Below, piece by piece: positions 37,434 through 50,831 of a stretch of 53,747 bases of DNA. The position numbers and the translations under genes were made by a program. The stretch is taken from positions 1 to 53,747 of the forward strand of contig JALDZS010000161.1 in NCBI GenBank assembly GCA_022813965.1. Direction: 5' to 3'. A model generated the notes under the pieces. That model had not been told where the DNA came from, ran no database searches, and worked only from the letters and a program-made list of their open reading frames with translations. The stretch comes from Toensbergia leucococca (taxonomy: Eukaryota). The first letter of the stretch is position 1. Each line of letters begins with the position of its first letter.

Positions 37434-39939
37434 AAGAGGTTGGAAAAGGATATGGATTTCTTATGTGGTTGAGAAGGGTTCAAGCGTTTGTGCTTGCATG
37501 GGAGGGGAATGAAGGACGGTGGTGGATTGGGCGGTTTTGGTTGATTTACTTGCTCTCTTCCTTTGCTGGCTCTGGACCTGTTTTCCGCGCGAAGAGCCGT
37601 ATGTAGGTAGGGATGTTTTTTTGGGTTGAAATTAGTTTCCCCCCTTTTTTGGGGAGGAGAGTGATGGGATGGCTACCTACTGTTCATATCTCTTTCATTC
37701 TCTTCTCACATATAAGGCAAAATGTTATTACATTTAATCTGGCCATGTTTTAGGAAATATTACTTCTGTTTTTTCCATTGTATTTGTATTATTTTGAATC
37801 CTGATCGTTGAATCTTTTTGTTCTTGTGTTCTGAGATGGATTTTTTTTGGCGCCAGAGAATGAATGCGCTTTGAGAGGGCAAGGAGTTTTTTTTTCGCAT
37901 AGGTAGGTAGGCTAGTTGAAGAGGCTGAGTAAGGTAGGTAGGGCTGTGAGATCTGAATATCATACTTGCTTTTGTTTTCAGTTTATGTGCCCCTGAAATT
38001 GCGACACTGACTTTCTATTTTCTTATTTTTTTTGACACTCATAATTCTTCTCTCTTTGAGTTACTATTTTCTGTGTGAGAGAGAGATGAGAGATGAACTT
38101 GATGCTTTTTGAATTCGTGAACTTTTTCTCCTCTTTTTTTTTTGTGTTTGTTTGGGTGGATGATGGTGATGTTGTTGTTGTTTTTCTGCTGTAGAGAAGT
38201 AAAGACTGACTATTTTATGAGACTATAGGCTCTGCTCTGAGAATGAGGGAAGGGGGGGCAGATGTTTCAAAGGTCCCAGGTGTGTTTTTTGAAGGAGATA
38301 AGACTTACAGTTTAGGAAAGGGGAGAGGAGAGAAGGGGAGTGTCATATCTCTCATTCCCCACCGGCCTCAGAAATCAGATCAAAAAGGGCAGGGTCATAC
38401 ATAACTGCACACCGTCCAACTCAGACCCTGAAGCAAATACTAAACCTAATTGACAAAACTTGAGATGAAAAGCGCCTGTCTTACCTCCCCTCCCTCCCTG
38501 CCCAGAAACCAAACCTCCCACCCCCCCCTCTTCCAAAAAAAAAAACCCCCCAGAAAAATCCCCGCGCATTTCATTCAATACTTCCTTACATCCACCACAC
38601 ACACCTCACCCGCGATCCAAAAGAAAACCCAGAAAGCTGCCCCACGGGGTGAATTGCAAATTTGGCCCTCTGAGAGCCTGGCTCGTCCCACAGCACTGCC
38701 GTGATGTAGGAGGGGCGAAATTGGCTTCTTTGGTTACCCTTTTTTTTCGGGCTTTGGTGTTAGGGGCTTTAAAAGAGCGACTGTTAATTTTGTTGATGCA
38801 TTTGAAGTTGTGCGTTGGTTTCCCCCCCCCCCCTCCCTGATTATTTTTTTCCCCTAATAGGGTCTTGGATAGGTGTGTTCGAAATATATGCTGGATGCGA
38901 TTGGCACTGATTGTCACCTCATTTCTACAGTGGCTGATTTGAGGGCTTTTGTTCTGAAATCACTCAATTAGATGGCTGGGATGCATTGAGGTGTTGTTGC
39001 CATGAGACTGAGACACTGAGACTTGTTTTTTTTTGAGAGAGGAATTTGAGGGAAGGGTTGGAGGGTGTTTGTGTATTTTGGTTGGATGGCTGGGGTGCGG
39101 AGATGGCGAGATGTTGATTGATGGATTGAGATGACTGGTGAGGACTTGAAAGAATGGGAACGGTTTGGGGATGATCTGGCTGTTGGAATGGATGGGCTGA
39201 GAGGAAGGGGGTTTGGGGGTGGAGTGGATGAGGGGAGGAGGAGGGAGAGGGGCTGCGAAGGATCCGGATTAAGTGTCTTGCGTTGGGATCTTGTTGAATG
39301 GAGGTGGAACGTATGCTAGAGTGGCAGCTCCACATTTCGGGATTTGAAGAGATGGGTCCTTGGGTGGGGCGTGATGTTGTCGAGTTGTACATCTGTGAGT
39401 TTGAGGAGAGTGTGGTATGTTAGTACGTACCCGTAGCTAGTGCTGTAAATGGATGCAGTAACATGGGATGGTTGACAATGTGTCGTTGAAGTTCGGGAAG
39501 ATTGTACTAAGGCACGCCTCTATTTATGTCTTTGAGAAAAAATCTGGATTGAAAGAGTCGGAACCATTTGCCTTGTGAGTTGATTTCTTTAGCTCAATGT
39601 TCAAGTCACCAAAACATTCATAGAATTGAGTCTAGCGGGTGATCCCACAAAGATACCAGATAGAGCATTCAATTCCATATGAAGCTAGTCATAATCATCT
39701 TTGTAGGTGTTGAAGAGTGGGAAAAACATCATCGAGACACTATATTGACAGGTATAAATTGAGCTATTCAACAAGCTTCTGCAACCTTGTGAGCCTTTTA
39801 TGTTTGTTACTTATCAAAAAGATGAGAGGACATGGAGGTAGAAGATCTCAGATTCGCAAGCCATCTAACGAACGTCTCCTTCCTGAATCATCTTATTTCC
39901 GATTCAATACTGCGGCCAAATAAAATCCGTATATTTGAA

Positions 39940-41723
39940 TCACTTTGCTCCTACCTTGACAGTCTTCACAACCGTCATCTCAATCCCGTGCATGTCTCTG
40001 TCAAATCGGCAATTTTCACCAAAACGACAATCCTTTTTGCCTTCTGTTCCAGAAGGGCATCTATCGTTTTGAGGCCTTATCAGCGTATGAAACATTAAAT
40101 GAATTCAAAGTATATCTCATCATACCTATGCCCATAAATGCATTTGATGTCATCACACTCCGTTTTGAACCTGCACGGAGTCATGCGGGCAACATATTTC
40201 AAAGTCTGCATTTCATTTTTATTGGGATGATAGTCATGAGCATGGCTGCATTCGTCACCATAAGGACAATCCATGCGAAGGTAGTGGACGTTGCACATGT
40301 GGAGTTTTTGAACTCTCTTGACTTCATTCTTGTCGTAATTCATTAAGAGATCGACCCTTTCACCGTAACGATTTCTAGGGATGGAGGCAACAGGAGTCGG
40401 CTGGGGTGTAGGAGGCGGCGACGCAACGTTAGCCGGGGTCGATATTGCGGTAGAGGCCCAAGATGCTGCCATGGGATTCATAGATGAGTTGGTCGTTGAT
40501 GTGGAAGAAGGCGTGCGGGCAACAACTGGCTGATAGGGGGACTGATATTGAACAGATGCTGGCATTGGCATTATCTGAGGTATCGTCTGCTGTTGAGACA
40601 TAGAATGCTGAGGGATCATGTGTTGCTGAGAGCTTATATGCTGTTGAGGCATTACATGCTGATGAGGCATGATTTGCGGTTGGGGATAATGCTGTTGATA
40701 AATATTGATTTTTGAAGTGCGAAATAAACCATCGAGTCTCGTTGTTTCGTACTTGGACTTGAGAAGGGCAAGTTCCTTCTCAAAGGGAACGCCTTCCAAG
40801 AGGGTAATACGTTCTAGAGCATCATGGTCGGCAACATCCTCGAGTAATCGAGCATAGCCGTTATCGTGAGAGCAACCGAAGAATATATGGCGACAATGAC
40901 AATCATATAGGTGAAGTTTGAATATTTCTGCATTTCCATGAATACGTGAGAAGCAGATGATACGATGCATTGGAGAATCTCACCAGATATTTTGTCGTCG
41001 GCACGATCTTTACCAGAACCGACATCTACAAAATCAAATAATTGTTTGCTTCCGGTAAATCCACGAGCAAATTCCTCGATCAATGTAGACCTCTCCAAAA
41101 TTCCCGAGCGGTGGCATATATCACCCAAGCCTTTAAGATTGGCGTATATACGAGTCACAATTTTGTAGTCGGATGAAAGACTTGGTAATCTCTGATGGAC
41201 GTAGTCTCTTATGGAACTCCAAAGCATACTAGCAGCTTCTTTTCCGCCCGATTCACCTTTCTGAACAAGTCGGTCATCAAAGATCATACCATCGCCATCA
41301 ATGAGGACAAGTACAAAAGCATCGCGCTCCTAATGTACAATTAGCAATTGCTATATGTATACGGCCAAGTCTTTTCCGCGGTGGCATTTAACTGGATGGT
41401 AGGATGGTAGAAATGAGCACTAGCATCAGACGTACCACCAGGGCTTTGATTGTTCGTAGCTCATCCTGAAGTTGCATTTCACGAAGTTGAACCTCTCGAC
41501 TGTATTGTACCTCTCTAGCATGATCGAGGGTTTTCTCACGATAATCGTCACTAAGCGTATCTAATCGGCGTAAGAGTTCCTATGATAGTACGGGTGAGCA
41601 ATGGCAGAGCGTGGCTTCCTAGTGACAAGATAGTTCTACCTCAATTAGGTTGTTCTTGTGCTGTTCAGCGCCCTTTAGTAGTTCAAAGCGTTCATGTAGA
41701 GCCTGGGCATTCTCGTCGGCCAT
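39940..41723 (-). CDS. CCCH zinc-finger protein with N-terminal coiled coil and a conserved IDGDG domain
   Basis: Exons 41723-41640, 41579-41436, 41329-40984, 40927-40126, 40060-39940. VLIDGDGMIF, FDFVDVGSGKDRAD, GCSHDNGY; CNVHYL..CPYGDECSH and CRFKTECDDIKCIYGH fingers. Confidence 0.88.
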
Positions 41724-42110
41724 GATTCAAAGTCAAATATTGGAAATATGAATAGAATAGCAGATTGAAGCAGATAGAAGATCAAGACGGTCATTTAAAC
41801 AGCCATGTACCGATAGCCTACGGATAGCTGAAGCGCGACTTTCGCGTTTGCCATTTAGAATACGGAGATGGAGATGAAGAGATTCAGCCCAAGGCAATGC
41901 ATAAAATTAGAATATGAATTATACAATTTAAATATCCTAGAATAGAATAATGCACAGACCACCTTTTATGCTTGGAAGTTTGAACACTCGTGGACTTCTC
42001 CCCAATGTCACATTATTGTTCCTCCGTCTCTCTATCCTCAATTCCTCCAATTCGTCAATTACCTGCCGTTGTCTTGTGGGCGAATCCAGCGCCATTACTT
42101 GACACTCAGA

Positions 42111-43055
42111 ATGCCTGATTTTCTAAGACTATGCACTCTGGCTGTACTGTCTCTACGCGTCCTCAATGCTTCAGCTCAAAATGTAAGCACCCCCCAATGC
42201 CAGCACCCAAGCCATCCCTCTGATGACAAGATGCAGCAGCCAATAGATGAGGATCTCGAAGACCCCTCCACCTCAGCCAATCTAGCAGTCAAAGTCTCAA
42301 CATCCTTCCCCTCTTCCGAAATCTTCGGCATCAAAATAGTCAACGGCCACCAAACCCAAGCTCTCCTCTCCTTCACCAACGACGAACCAGAACCAATCAG
42401 CGTCGCCTTCATCGGAGGCAGCTTGTGGACTTCAGCTTTTGCGCCGCAAGGAAACAAGCTCGTGCGCAATCTCACTACCATACGGTACAACGTCGAAATA
42501 CCCGCAGGGCAAAAGGACAGCATCAGTTTTAACTTTAAAACTGATTTACACCCGCAAGATCTCAAATTGAATCTGGCCGCCGTGGTTACCGATAGCGATG
42601 GAACCTTTTATACCATTCAAGCCTTTAACGAGACTGTCAGCATTGTTGAGCCGGATACAAGCTTTTTCGACCCACAAATGTAAGTCCTTCTTTCTCCCAC
42701 CTCGGCATTTTGTGACCCTTGATACTGATATTTCCAAAGCATCTTCCTCTACCTCTTCCTCCTCGCCGCCTTCGGGGGCACGTGCTACTTCATCTACAGC
42801 ACCTGGATCAGCACCCTCTTCCCGCAAAAGCGTCGCAGCGGTGGAAAAGCTGCAGAACGCGCCAAGAGATCGTCCGGCGGTTCAAAGAAGGTGGATCCGA
42901 GCGACCAGGTTTCTGTCGCTGGAGCTGATGGCCCGGCTGTGACGACGAGTGCCAAGACGTATGATGAGAGCTGGATCCCGGCGCATCATATCAATAAGCC
43001 TGAGGCTAGGAGGGTCAAGAGTGGGAGGCCGAAGAGTAGGAGTAAGCCTGAGTGA
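42111..43055 (+). CDS. Translocon-associated protein alpha (TRAP-alpha/SSR1, Irc22-like)
   Basis: Signal peptide; luminal IFGIKIVNG...RNLT...LHPQDLKLNL...AFNETVSIVEPDTSFFDPQ; TM IIFLYLFLL; tail YDESWIPAHHI. Introns 42183-42236 (or 42239) and 42680-42739. Confidence 0.88.
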
Positions 43056-43531
43056 GATGGGTTATGGGGCTGGAAGCTGTTGTGGTCTGGCATGCGGCTT
43101 TGGTACTCGAAAAGGGGGGTTTGAGGAGGTTTGCTAGGGAACTCGTTTTCTCATTCTATATCATGATCCGGACATTGTACAATATCAGGCCAGTCAAAAG
43201 TTCTTACAGGAAACAATTTGGGAACCGTTGATAGCACAAGTGAGTGTCGGAATTGGCTCTCATTGCGCTTCTCCGATGCCAAATCCCAGCATCGATATCT
43301 TTTTCATACCAGTACACCCCACTCCCATTGCAAGTAATCAATTAGGTTTTTTCAAGTGATGAATCTGCTCTCTTACAGTCTGGCAGTCGGTGTATACAGC
43401 CATGTTTTTATGTTCATCTTGTCGCCGCACATCCTTCCCGCTCCAATTTGTCAAGATGTCACTCCGAGCTTCAATTCAGTCTTATGTCTACAAAACATGT
43501 CCGAACAATCCCCCCTCCAGCGGAAAACTCT

Positions 43532-44436
43532 TCACTCCCTCTTCCACACCTCAAGCTCCTCCTCCAAATGCCTCTTCAGCTTCGCAAACCCGTTCCGAAA
43601 ATTCTTCCCGCAGCGCCAACACACCAACGGCCGATCCAAATAGCCCTCTTTCCCCGGATGCCTCCTCACATCATCCTCCGCCAACGGGAAATCCGCCACG
43701 TCGATCAGAAACGGCGTGTTGAAACTGTTGTAGTGTTTCTTGCGCTTCATGCACTCGCTTACCCGGTCCCGGGACAGGACATGGATGTGCAGATGCGTCA
43801 TTGAGGGATGGGCGTGGATGCCGCTGATGACCTCCTTTTCCCAGTCGCGCCCCGGTGGAAGTTCCGAGGGCGGGGGATCAGCGTCCATGGCGGCTGTGCG
43901 GGCGGCGTCTTGGGCGGAGAAGCGGCCGTATTTTCGGCGCAGTTCGGATGCGACTAGGGTTTTTAGTTTTTTGACTTCCGGGAGGATGGTGGAGAGGAAG
44001 AGGGGGTCTGAGAGGGCGGTGAAGGGGTCCAGGAGCGTTTTGGAGGCGTCTCGGGGTAGGAGCAGGGTGTGGATTGTGGATTTGGGGTATAGGTCTATGA
44101 TTGTGACGAATTTGTCTGTGTGAGAGATTATGCGGCTTGGGTGGGTTGAGGTGGGGGAGGTGATGTAGGGGCCTAGGCTGTGGCGGGGGTTGAGGCCGAG
44201 GGGTTGGAGGGCTGGAGTTGAGGTTGCGGGGTGGGGTTGAGAGGGTTGGGGCGTCATGAGGGCTGCGACTGGTGGGTGGTTAGTTGGTGGTGAGGTGAGG
44301 GAGGGGAATGTTACTTACAGGCGTTGCGTTCCTGGGGCTTGGAAGGTCCATTTCTGGATACCCCGCCTAGAGTTGCAGTGCCGGAGATTTCTTCTTTTGT
44401 GATTGCGTCTTGGTCTGAGTCTGAGTCTGGTGCCAT
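43532..44436 (-). CDS. HNT3: Aprataxin-like HIT hydrolase
   Basis: Exons 44436-44319 and 44268-43532. DLYPKS..H.LLLPR, HAHPSMTHLHIH (HIT motif), KHYNSF, CWRC..H..E zinc finger. Confidence 0.93.
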
Positions 44437-44816
44437 GGTGTTGATCTGAGGGTTAGTTGAAGTTTTGTTAGTAGAGGAGCAATTTTGAGTAGGATTTTTG
44501 ATCTGACGGGTGCTAGTGAGCATTCTCTGTGTAGTGAGATAATGAGGCAAACTTTGAGGGTTCAAAGCTTTAGAGGCACTCATGGAAGATATGGATAGGA
44601 GCAGATAGTCAAGATGATCAAAGAATTGAAGAAATAAATCACCAAATGCATGATGACGCACCAATTGTAGAGTACGGAGTACGATTTTCAAAAAAAGCAT
44701 CAAAAGGCGCACTAAGGATCCCCACCACTCGGTTCACCAAAATCTCACACTCAAATCACACGACTCCATGGATATAGCATCCTTTCCAGTCATTACAGGT
44801 GCCCTAATCTTGAAGC

Positions 44817-47800
44817 ATGCCCAAGCCTGGGAACCGCGGGGGTAATCCGAAGAAGCCAGCCCCCAAACCAATAACCTCCAACGAGGACGACAGCTATATT
44901 GTTTTTGGAAATGGAAAGAATGATGGGAAGGCGAAAAAGGCCGAGACAAGAGATGTTGCAGGCCAGAACGGGGTGAAGACTATCAATGGGCCTGGTGAAG
45001 ATGCGCCCAAGAAACCGGATACAAGGACTTTGATTGGGGGTGCTTCATGGACGGGGAAACTGCCGGTCAATATGCTCTCTGAGCATTGTCAGAAGCAGAG
45101 ATGGCAGAAGCCGGAATACACTATGGTGGGATATTCCGAAGTTGAGCTACTACTGTAAAGCCTGTTGACTTTCTCTTCTTGCAGAGCAAAACGCCGGATG
45201 GCTTCTCATCTATGGTAATACTCAAAGCCACAAACCCCAAGACCAAGGAGAATGTTATCTTGCCGCCCTTTCATCTGCCGCCCGGCTGTAAACATCTCGC
45301 TCTGCAACCTACTGCCGTAGAAGCCCGTCACTTTGCAGCAACGTATGCCTTGTTTCGGGTTTGTAGTATGCGGAATATACACATGATGTTGCCTCCGAAC
45401 TATAGAGACCTGTGGAAATCTGATTTCCAAGATTTGAAAAAGGAAGATACACAGGATGGAAGAGGGTGGATGTATGAGGCTGATCCATTCGCTGCGAAGC
45501 AGGAGCGGGAGGAGGCACAGGCGATGATGGCTAAGAAAAGAGAGGAGAGGGAAAAGCAAAAGGCCAAGGAAAGCGAACAATCATTAGGCCCAGGATTAGA
45601 TCACAATACAAATGCCGGTGGTAGAACTCATAACGTCATGAGGGGATGGACAAGGGTGCCGAAGATTGATATGGGAAAGCGTACAAGGGCGCAGGTTGAA
45701 GACTTCGTTCGGCGGCATGCAATTTGGAATCCACACGATACAAGAATTTCCGAATTTCAACGCAGGAATATTGTCAATGACTTCATCGACTTGGGCTTCA
45801 GGAAAAGTCATATTGAGGAGGCAGTGGAAGGATGCAAGGACCGGGAAGAGGCTCTTGAATGGCTACTCATACATGTGCCTGAGGATGACCTCCCAAAATG
45901 GAGTCTTCCTGAGGGATATGCAGCGGGGATCAGCCTAGCCAGTGCCAACTTGAAAAGGGAGGCATCCATTAAGAGGCTTGCGGAAGCAGGTTACGCTACG
46001 GAGCTGTGTGAGAAGTTGCTTGACAGCCATAACAGTAACGAACAAGAGACTGCAGAAGCGTTGCAGAAAAAGCTTGTCGATGGCGAGGAAGAAATCGCGG
46101 GAGACGTAGATATCCCAAATCTACGCATGACTTCGAACATTGGAGAAGACATGACTTGGATTGAAGAGCAAGACACCCTTGGAGCCATTTTTGGTGATCG
46201 CTTTACCATCGTTTCCCCTGATTCTTGTCGAGTACAGTTACAACTGCCCCGATCAAAACTCTCTTTCGTACTGGACATTAGGAAATCTGTCTCATATCCA
46301 CAAACTGCTCCCATTACCTCAGTAACGTCTCCCAGTCTCCCTGCCTATATACGATTGAGCATGATTCGCCAGCTCATTAGACATGCTAATGCTAATCTTC
46401 TGGGCGAGCCGATGATTTTCAACTTTGTCGATTGGCTGGAGGCTGAAATACCAAGGATTGCTGGAAATCCTGGGAAGCTCCGTGATGTATCTGCTGGAGC
46501 GTCTACTGTCGCTGACATACCCGCTCCACAACACAATCATCAGAATCAACGTCGCAAGAATCTTCCTCGCCAGATAGATTGGCGACCTGGAAACGCTCAA
46601 AGTCTGACTGTTCTCAGTCGCTGGCAGTCGAGGCAAGAGACGTCCCAGCAACGAAAGATGCTCACGGGACGCCAATCATTGCCAGCTTGGAGTCTACAGA
46701 GTGCTATTGTTACTGCTGTCAACGAGAACCAAGTAACAATCATATCTGGCGAAACGGGATCTGGAAAGTCAACGCAGTCTGTCCAATTCATTCTCGATGA
46801 TATGATTCAGCGGAACATCGGAGCTGCCGCGAATATCATCTGCACACAGCCACGTAGGATCTCAGCCCTCGGTCTTGCGGATCGAGTTAGTGATGAAAGA
46901 TGCTCGCTAGTTGGTGATGAGGTTGGTTACGCTATTAGAGGCGAATCGAAGCAGAAGTTTAGAATTACCAAAATTACTTTCGTAACGACTGGTGTACTAC
47001 TTCGACGATTACAAACATCTGGTGGGAGTAGCGACGACGTGGTGGCTGCTTTGGCGGATGTAAGCCATGTTGTTGTCGATGAAGTGCATGAAAGGAGTCT
47101 TGACACAGACTTCCTGTTGGTTCTGCTAAGAGACGTTCTCAGAAAACGGAAAGATCTCAAAGTCATATTGATGAGTGCCACTCTCGATGCTGGCGTTTTC
47201 GAGCAATACTTTAGCGAAGGATCTTCTGTTGGGAGAGTGGAAATACAAGGGAGAACCTATGCTGTGGAGGACTACTATCTCGACGATGTCCTTCGCCTTA
47301 CAGGCCTTAGCGCAGGCTCGAATAGCGACTCAGACGACATGGAGTCCTCCGTGACTAGTGCTATACAAAATCTGGTTATGCGGATCAATTATGATCTGAT
47401 TGCGAGTACGGTCCGAGCCATTGATGCCGAACTGGGCTCTCGAGAAGGAGGTATTTTAATATTTCTACCTGGCACACTGGAGATTAATCGTTGTCTTGAC
47501 GCTATCCGAGCAATCCCAAACATTCATGCACTACCCTTACATGCCTCTTTGATGCCCATCGAGCAAAGACGTGTCTTCCCACTAGCACCCAAAGGGAAAA
47601 GAAAGGTCATTGCTGCCACCAACGTGGCAGAAACTTCCATCACTATAGAAGACATCGTCGCTGTCATTGACACTGGTAAAGTCAAGGAACTTAGCTTCGA
47701 TCCACAAAACAATATGGTCAAACTCGAGGAAGTCTGGGCGTCCCGGGCAGCATGTAAACAACGTCGAGGTCGTGCTGGTAGAGTGCAGGCTGGGAAGTGC

Positions 47801-49035
47801 TACAAGCTTTACACACGCAACGCTGAAGCTAAAATGGCTGAAAGACCCGAACCTGAGATTAGAAGAGTACCTCTAGAGCAATTATGCCTCTCAGTTCGAG
47901 CCATGGGTGTCATGGACGTACCGTCCTTTCTAGCGAGTGCTTTGACTCCACCAGAGAGTATGGCTGTCGAAAGTGCAATCGACCTTCTCGGCAGGATTGG
48001 TGCTCTCGATGGCGACGAGCTCACTGCACTAGGTCAACATCTAGCAATGATTCCAGCTGACCTCCGATGCGGCAAACTCATGGTCTATGGAGCCACCTTT
48101 GGCTGTCTCGAAGCTAGCCTCACCATTGCCGCAATTTTGACCGTCAAAAGCCCCTTTATCTCTCCACAGCCCAAGCGCGACGAATCAAAAGCAGCCCGAA
48201 CTTCCTTTGCCCCAAATCAAGGTGACCTGCTCTGCGATCTCCACGCCTTTGAGGAATACTCTTCCCTGAAACTCTCATCCCCCTACCGTAACCTCAAAGC
48301 CTGGTGCGACCAGAACTTCCTCTCCGCCCAGATCCTCAACGACATCGCCTCCAATCGCTCCCAATACCTCTCCTCCCTCCAAGAAACTGGCTTCCTCCCC
48401 TCACCCTACGACCCCACAACCCACCACTCCCTCAACGCCCACAACAGCAACCAAGCTCTCATCCGCGCCCTTATAGCCGCAGCCTTCAATCCCCAACTCG
48501 CTCGCATCGAATTCCCCGACAAGAAATTCGCCCCCTCCATGTCCGGCGCCGTCGAGCTCGACCCGGAGGCCCGAACTATCAAGTTCTTCAACCAAGACAA
48601 CGGCCGCGTCTTTGTCCATCCCAGCTCCACTCTCTTCGCCGCGCAGACTTTTGTTGGGGGAGCGGTCTATATGAGCTACTTTAATAAAATGGCAACCAGC
48701 AAAGTCTTTGTGCGCGAACTCACTCGTAAATCCCCCTTCTCCCCCCGTACTGTCTCACACCCAATTAACCCTCCTCCCAAATAGCTTTCAACGCTTACAC
48801 CGCCCTCCTCTTCTCCGGCCCCATCACCCTCGACACCCTGGGCCGCGGCCTCGTCGTCGACGGCTGGTTGCGTCTACGTGGCTGGGCGCGCATCGGGGTC
48901 CTGGTGAGTCGGTTGAGACGGATGCTGGATGGGGTTTTGGCGCGGAAGATTGAGGAGCCTGGGTTGGATGTTGGGGGGGAGGAGGTTGTGGGGTTGGTGA
49001 GAAGGTTGGTGGAGTTTGATGGGTTGGACCGGTAG
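44817..49035 (+). CDS. DEAH-box RNA helicase, DHX57/DHX36 group (Ucp12/YLR419W-like)
   Basis: Exons 44817-45125, 45185-48725, 48785-49035. UBA-like (LGFRKSHIEEA..EALEWL), RWD-like region, GETGSGKS, QPRRISA, DEVH, SAT, QRRGRAGR. Confidence 0.93.
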
Positions 49036-49269
49036 TGGGGTTTTTTAGGGGGTTTATGAAGGGTTTTTTTGAGAAGGGGGAGGGGGTAAGGAGTTTGATT
49101 GAGGGGTTTTTGGCTGGGTTGTGGCAAGTCTTGGTGTTGGGGTTTCTATTTCATGGGTTTCTCATAGACGTATGTGTTGAGTTCGTTGTTGTTGTTCCCC
49201 CCCTCCCTGCAATCAATCAATCATTCAATCAATCAATCAATCACTCGTTCACTTCAAGGGTTACGAAGG

Positions 49270-49700
49270 GTAAAAGGTGTGCAGAGAAAGAACTCAGAGA
49301 TGTGAGAGTTATAAAGCTTGAGAGATAAGATATTGATAAAGCTTTTGTGTGATAGAGAGATATTTGACTGTGAGATGTACTATGTGATCTATAAGAGATG
49401 AGGCTTGAGAAGACTTTTGTATGACTTTTTCTTTTGAAATGTGTGTAGACACATATGTATTGTTTCTGATGGTATGTATTGTGTTAGTGAGTTGAGTCAG
49501 TGACGAGATTTGATCTTTGAAAAGTTTGATTGAAGTGTTATAGATGTTGAAAGTTTTTAAGGTTTTTGGTTGAAGGAAAGTAGAATATTTGATGAGGGAG
49601 AAGGAGGGTGCTGAGATCTATGAAGGGTTGATAGATGGCTTTTGGGAAGGACATGCTGCTCATTTGAGAGGTTGTGTTTTGATGGCTTTTAGTGGCGGCT
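49270..49700. repeat. AT-rich, CpG-poor degenerate region
   Basis: TG/GA-rich, nearly no CpG, no ORF; preceded by an (AATC)n tract at about 49210-49242. Confidence 0.35.
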
Positions 49701-49888
49701 GGGGTATAGGAAATTGGATTTTATAAAGATTATATTGGAATTTTTGCATGAGAGGAAATACGGCAGTAAAACATGGCAGGTACATCAGACCCGTCAATAC
49801 AGGGTTAATCGGCTCCATCAAAGTCAGCATTTACAAAGAACTTTGCTCTTTCGGATGTTGAAATTTGGAATCAGCAGCTAAGCTTGAC

Positions 49889-50831
49889 TTATCCTCGTCC
49901 TACCGTTTCCCTCTTTTCCTTCATCATCAGTCGATATCCCTCTACAACTCTTTTCCTAGCCTGGCTCAGCTCTTCCTGCCGCCGTAATCCACCCACTACG
50001 CTTTTACTCTCCTCGGAAGTAAATCGGAACTTTTGCTTTGGTGTCTTGGAGAATTTGGGGGGTGCCTGCACAACGTCATGTAGCCCGACCAATCCATTCG
50101 AAACAGGAGCAGATTTTGCTGCCCTGGCGGCAGTAATAACTGCCCATGGATCATCACTATCATTGCCATCGCCATCGGGCTGCTTCCCACGCTTCCGTTT
50201 GCTACTTCCACTCTTTGCTGTAATATGTGTCTCGTATATTCCTCCATCCTCTTCGTCTTCTTCTGCGGCCTTTTCCTTTCGCTTTGCAGCGGCTTCGCGC
50301 CATTCATGCTGCATTCGCTGCATACGTCGCTCCATTTTTGTTTGGCGATCGCCAAGGCCACGACTTTTTGTGGCGAGGCCTGAGATAGGGATAGATGCAT
50401 TGACCCGAGCAGAGAATACAGACAGAGGCTCATTTGGAAGGATCTTAGGAACCTGGTTCAGAGTGGTGGGCGCTGGAGTATCTTCTAGATTGTCGGTGTT
50501 GGAAGCAGGGTTCCTGGCCTTCTTTTTCTTCTTCGGAGAAATGCCATCGTCCAAGCCTCGCCGAGGTTTCCAACCGATAGTGTGGAAAGCCATGAGACGA
50601 GTGAAGGCACGTGGGGTGTCATCGAGCACGTCGATCTTCCGATTGGTTATATTTTTTGACTTGGGGACGGTGGAGATGGGGGCTTTATTGACGGGTAAAG
50701 GCTTCGCAAGCGTAGTGGGCGGAAGGTCATGACTGCGGCAAAATACAGATGTTAGAAGTTATAATGTGGGCTGGGCCTGGTACATACGAGGCAACAGTCT
50801 GAGATTTGTCTCTCTTGTGCTTGTGTGGCAT
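49889..50831 (-). CDS. Hypothetical basic, probably nuclear/nucleolar protein
   Basis: Exons 50831-50788 and 50732-49889. MPHKHKR...HDLPP..LAKPLP, DDTPRAFTRLM, KILPNEPLSVFSARVN, DDPW, VVQAPP, R..VVEGYR.MM. Confidence 0.8.

Noticed and set aside
38395..38610. Second spliced CaaX-like end (...SRGLSWTVCSYV*) as a pheromone paralogue
   Set aside because: That frame hits an upstream TAA with no ATG, and CSYV is a poor CaaX.
49884..50732. 282-aa plus-strand ORF (and similar shadow ORFs over other genes)
   Set aside because: Antisense shadow of the real minus-strand gene.
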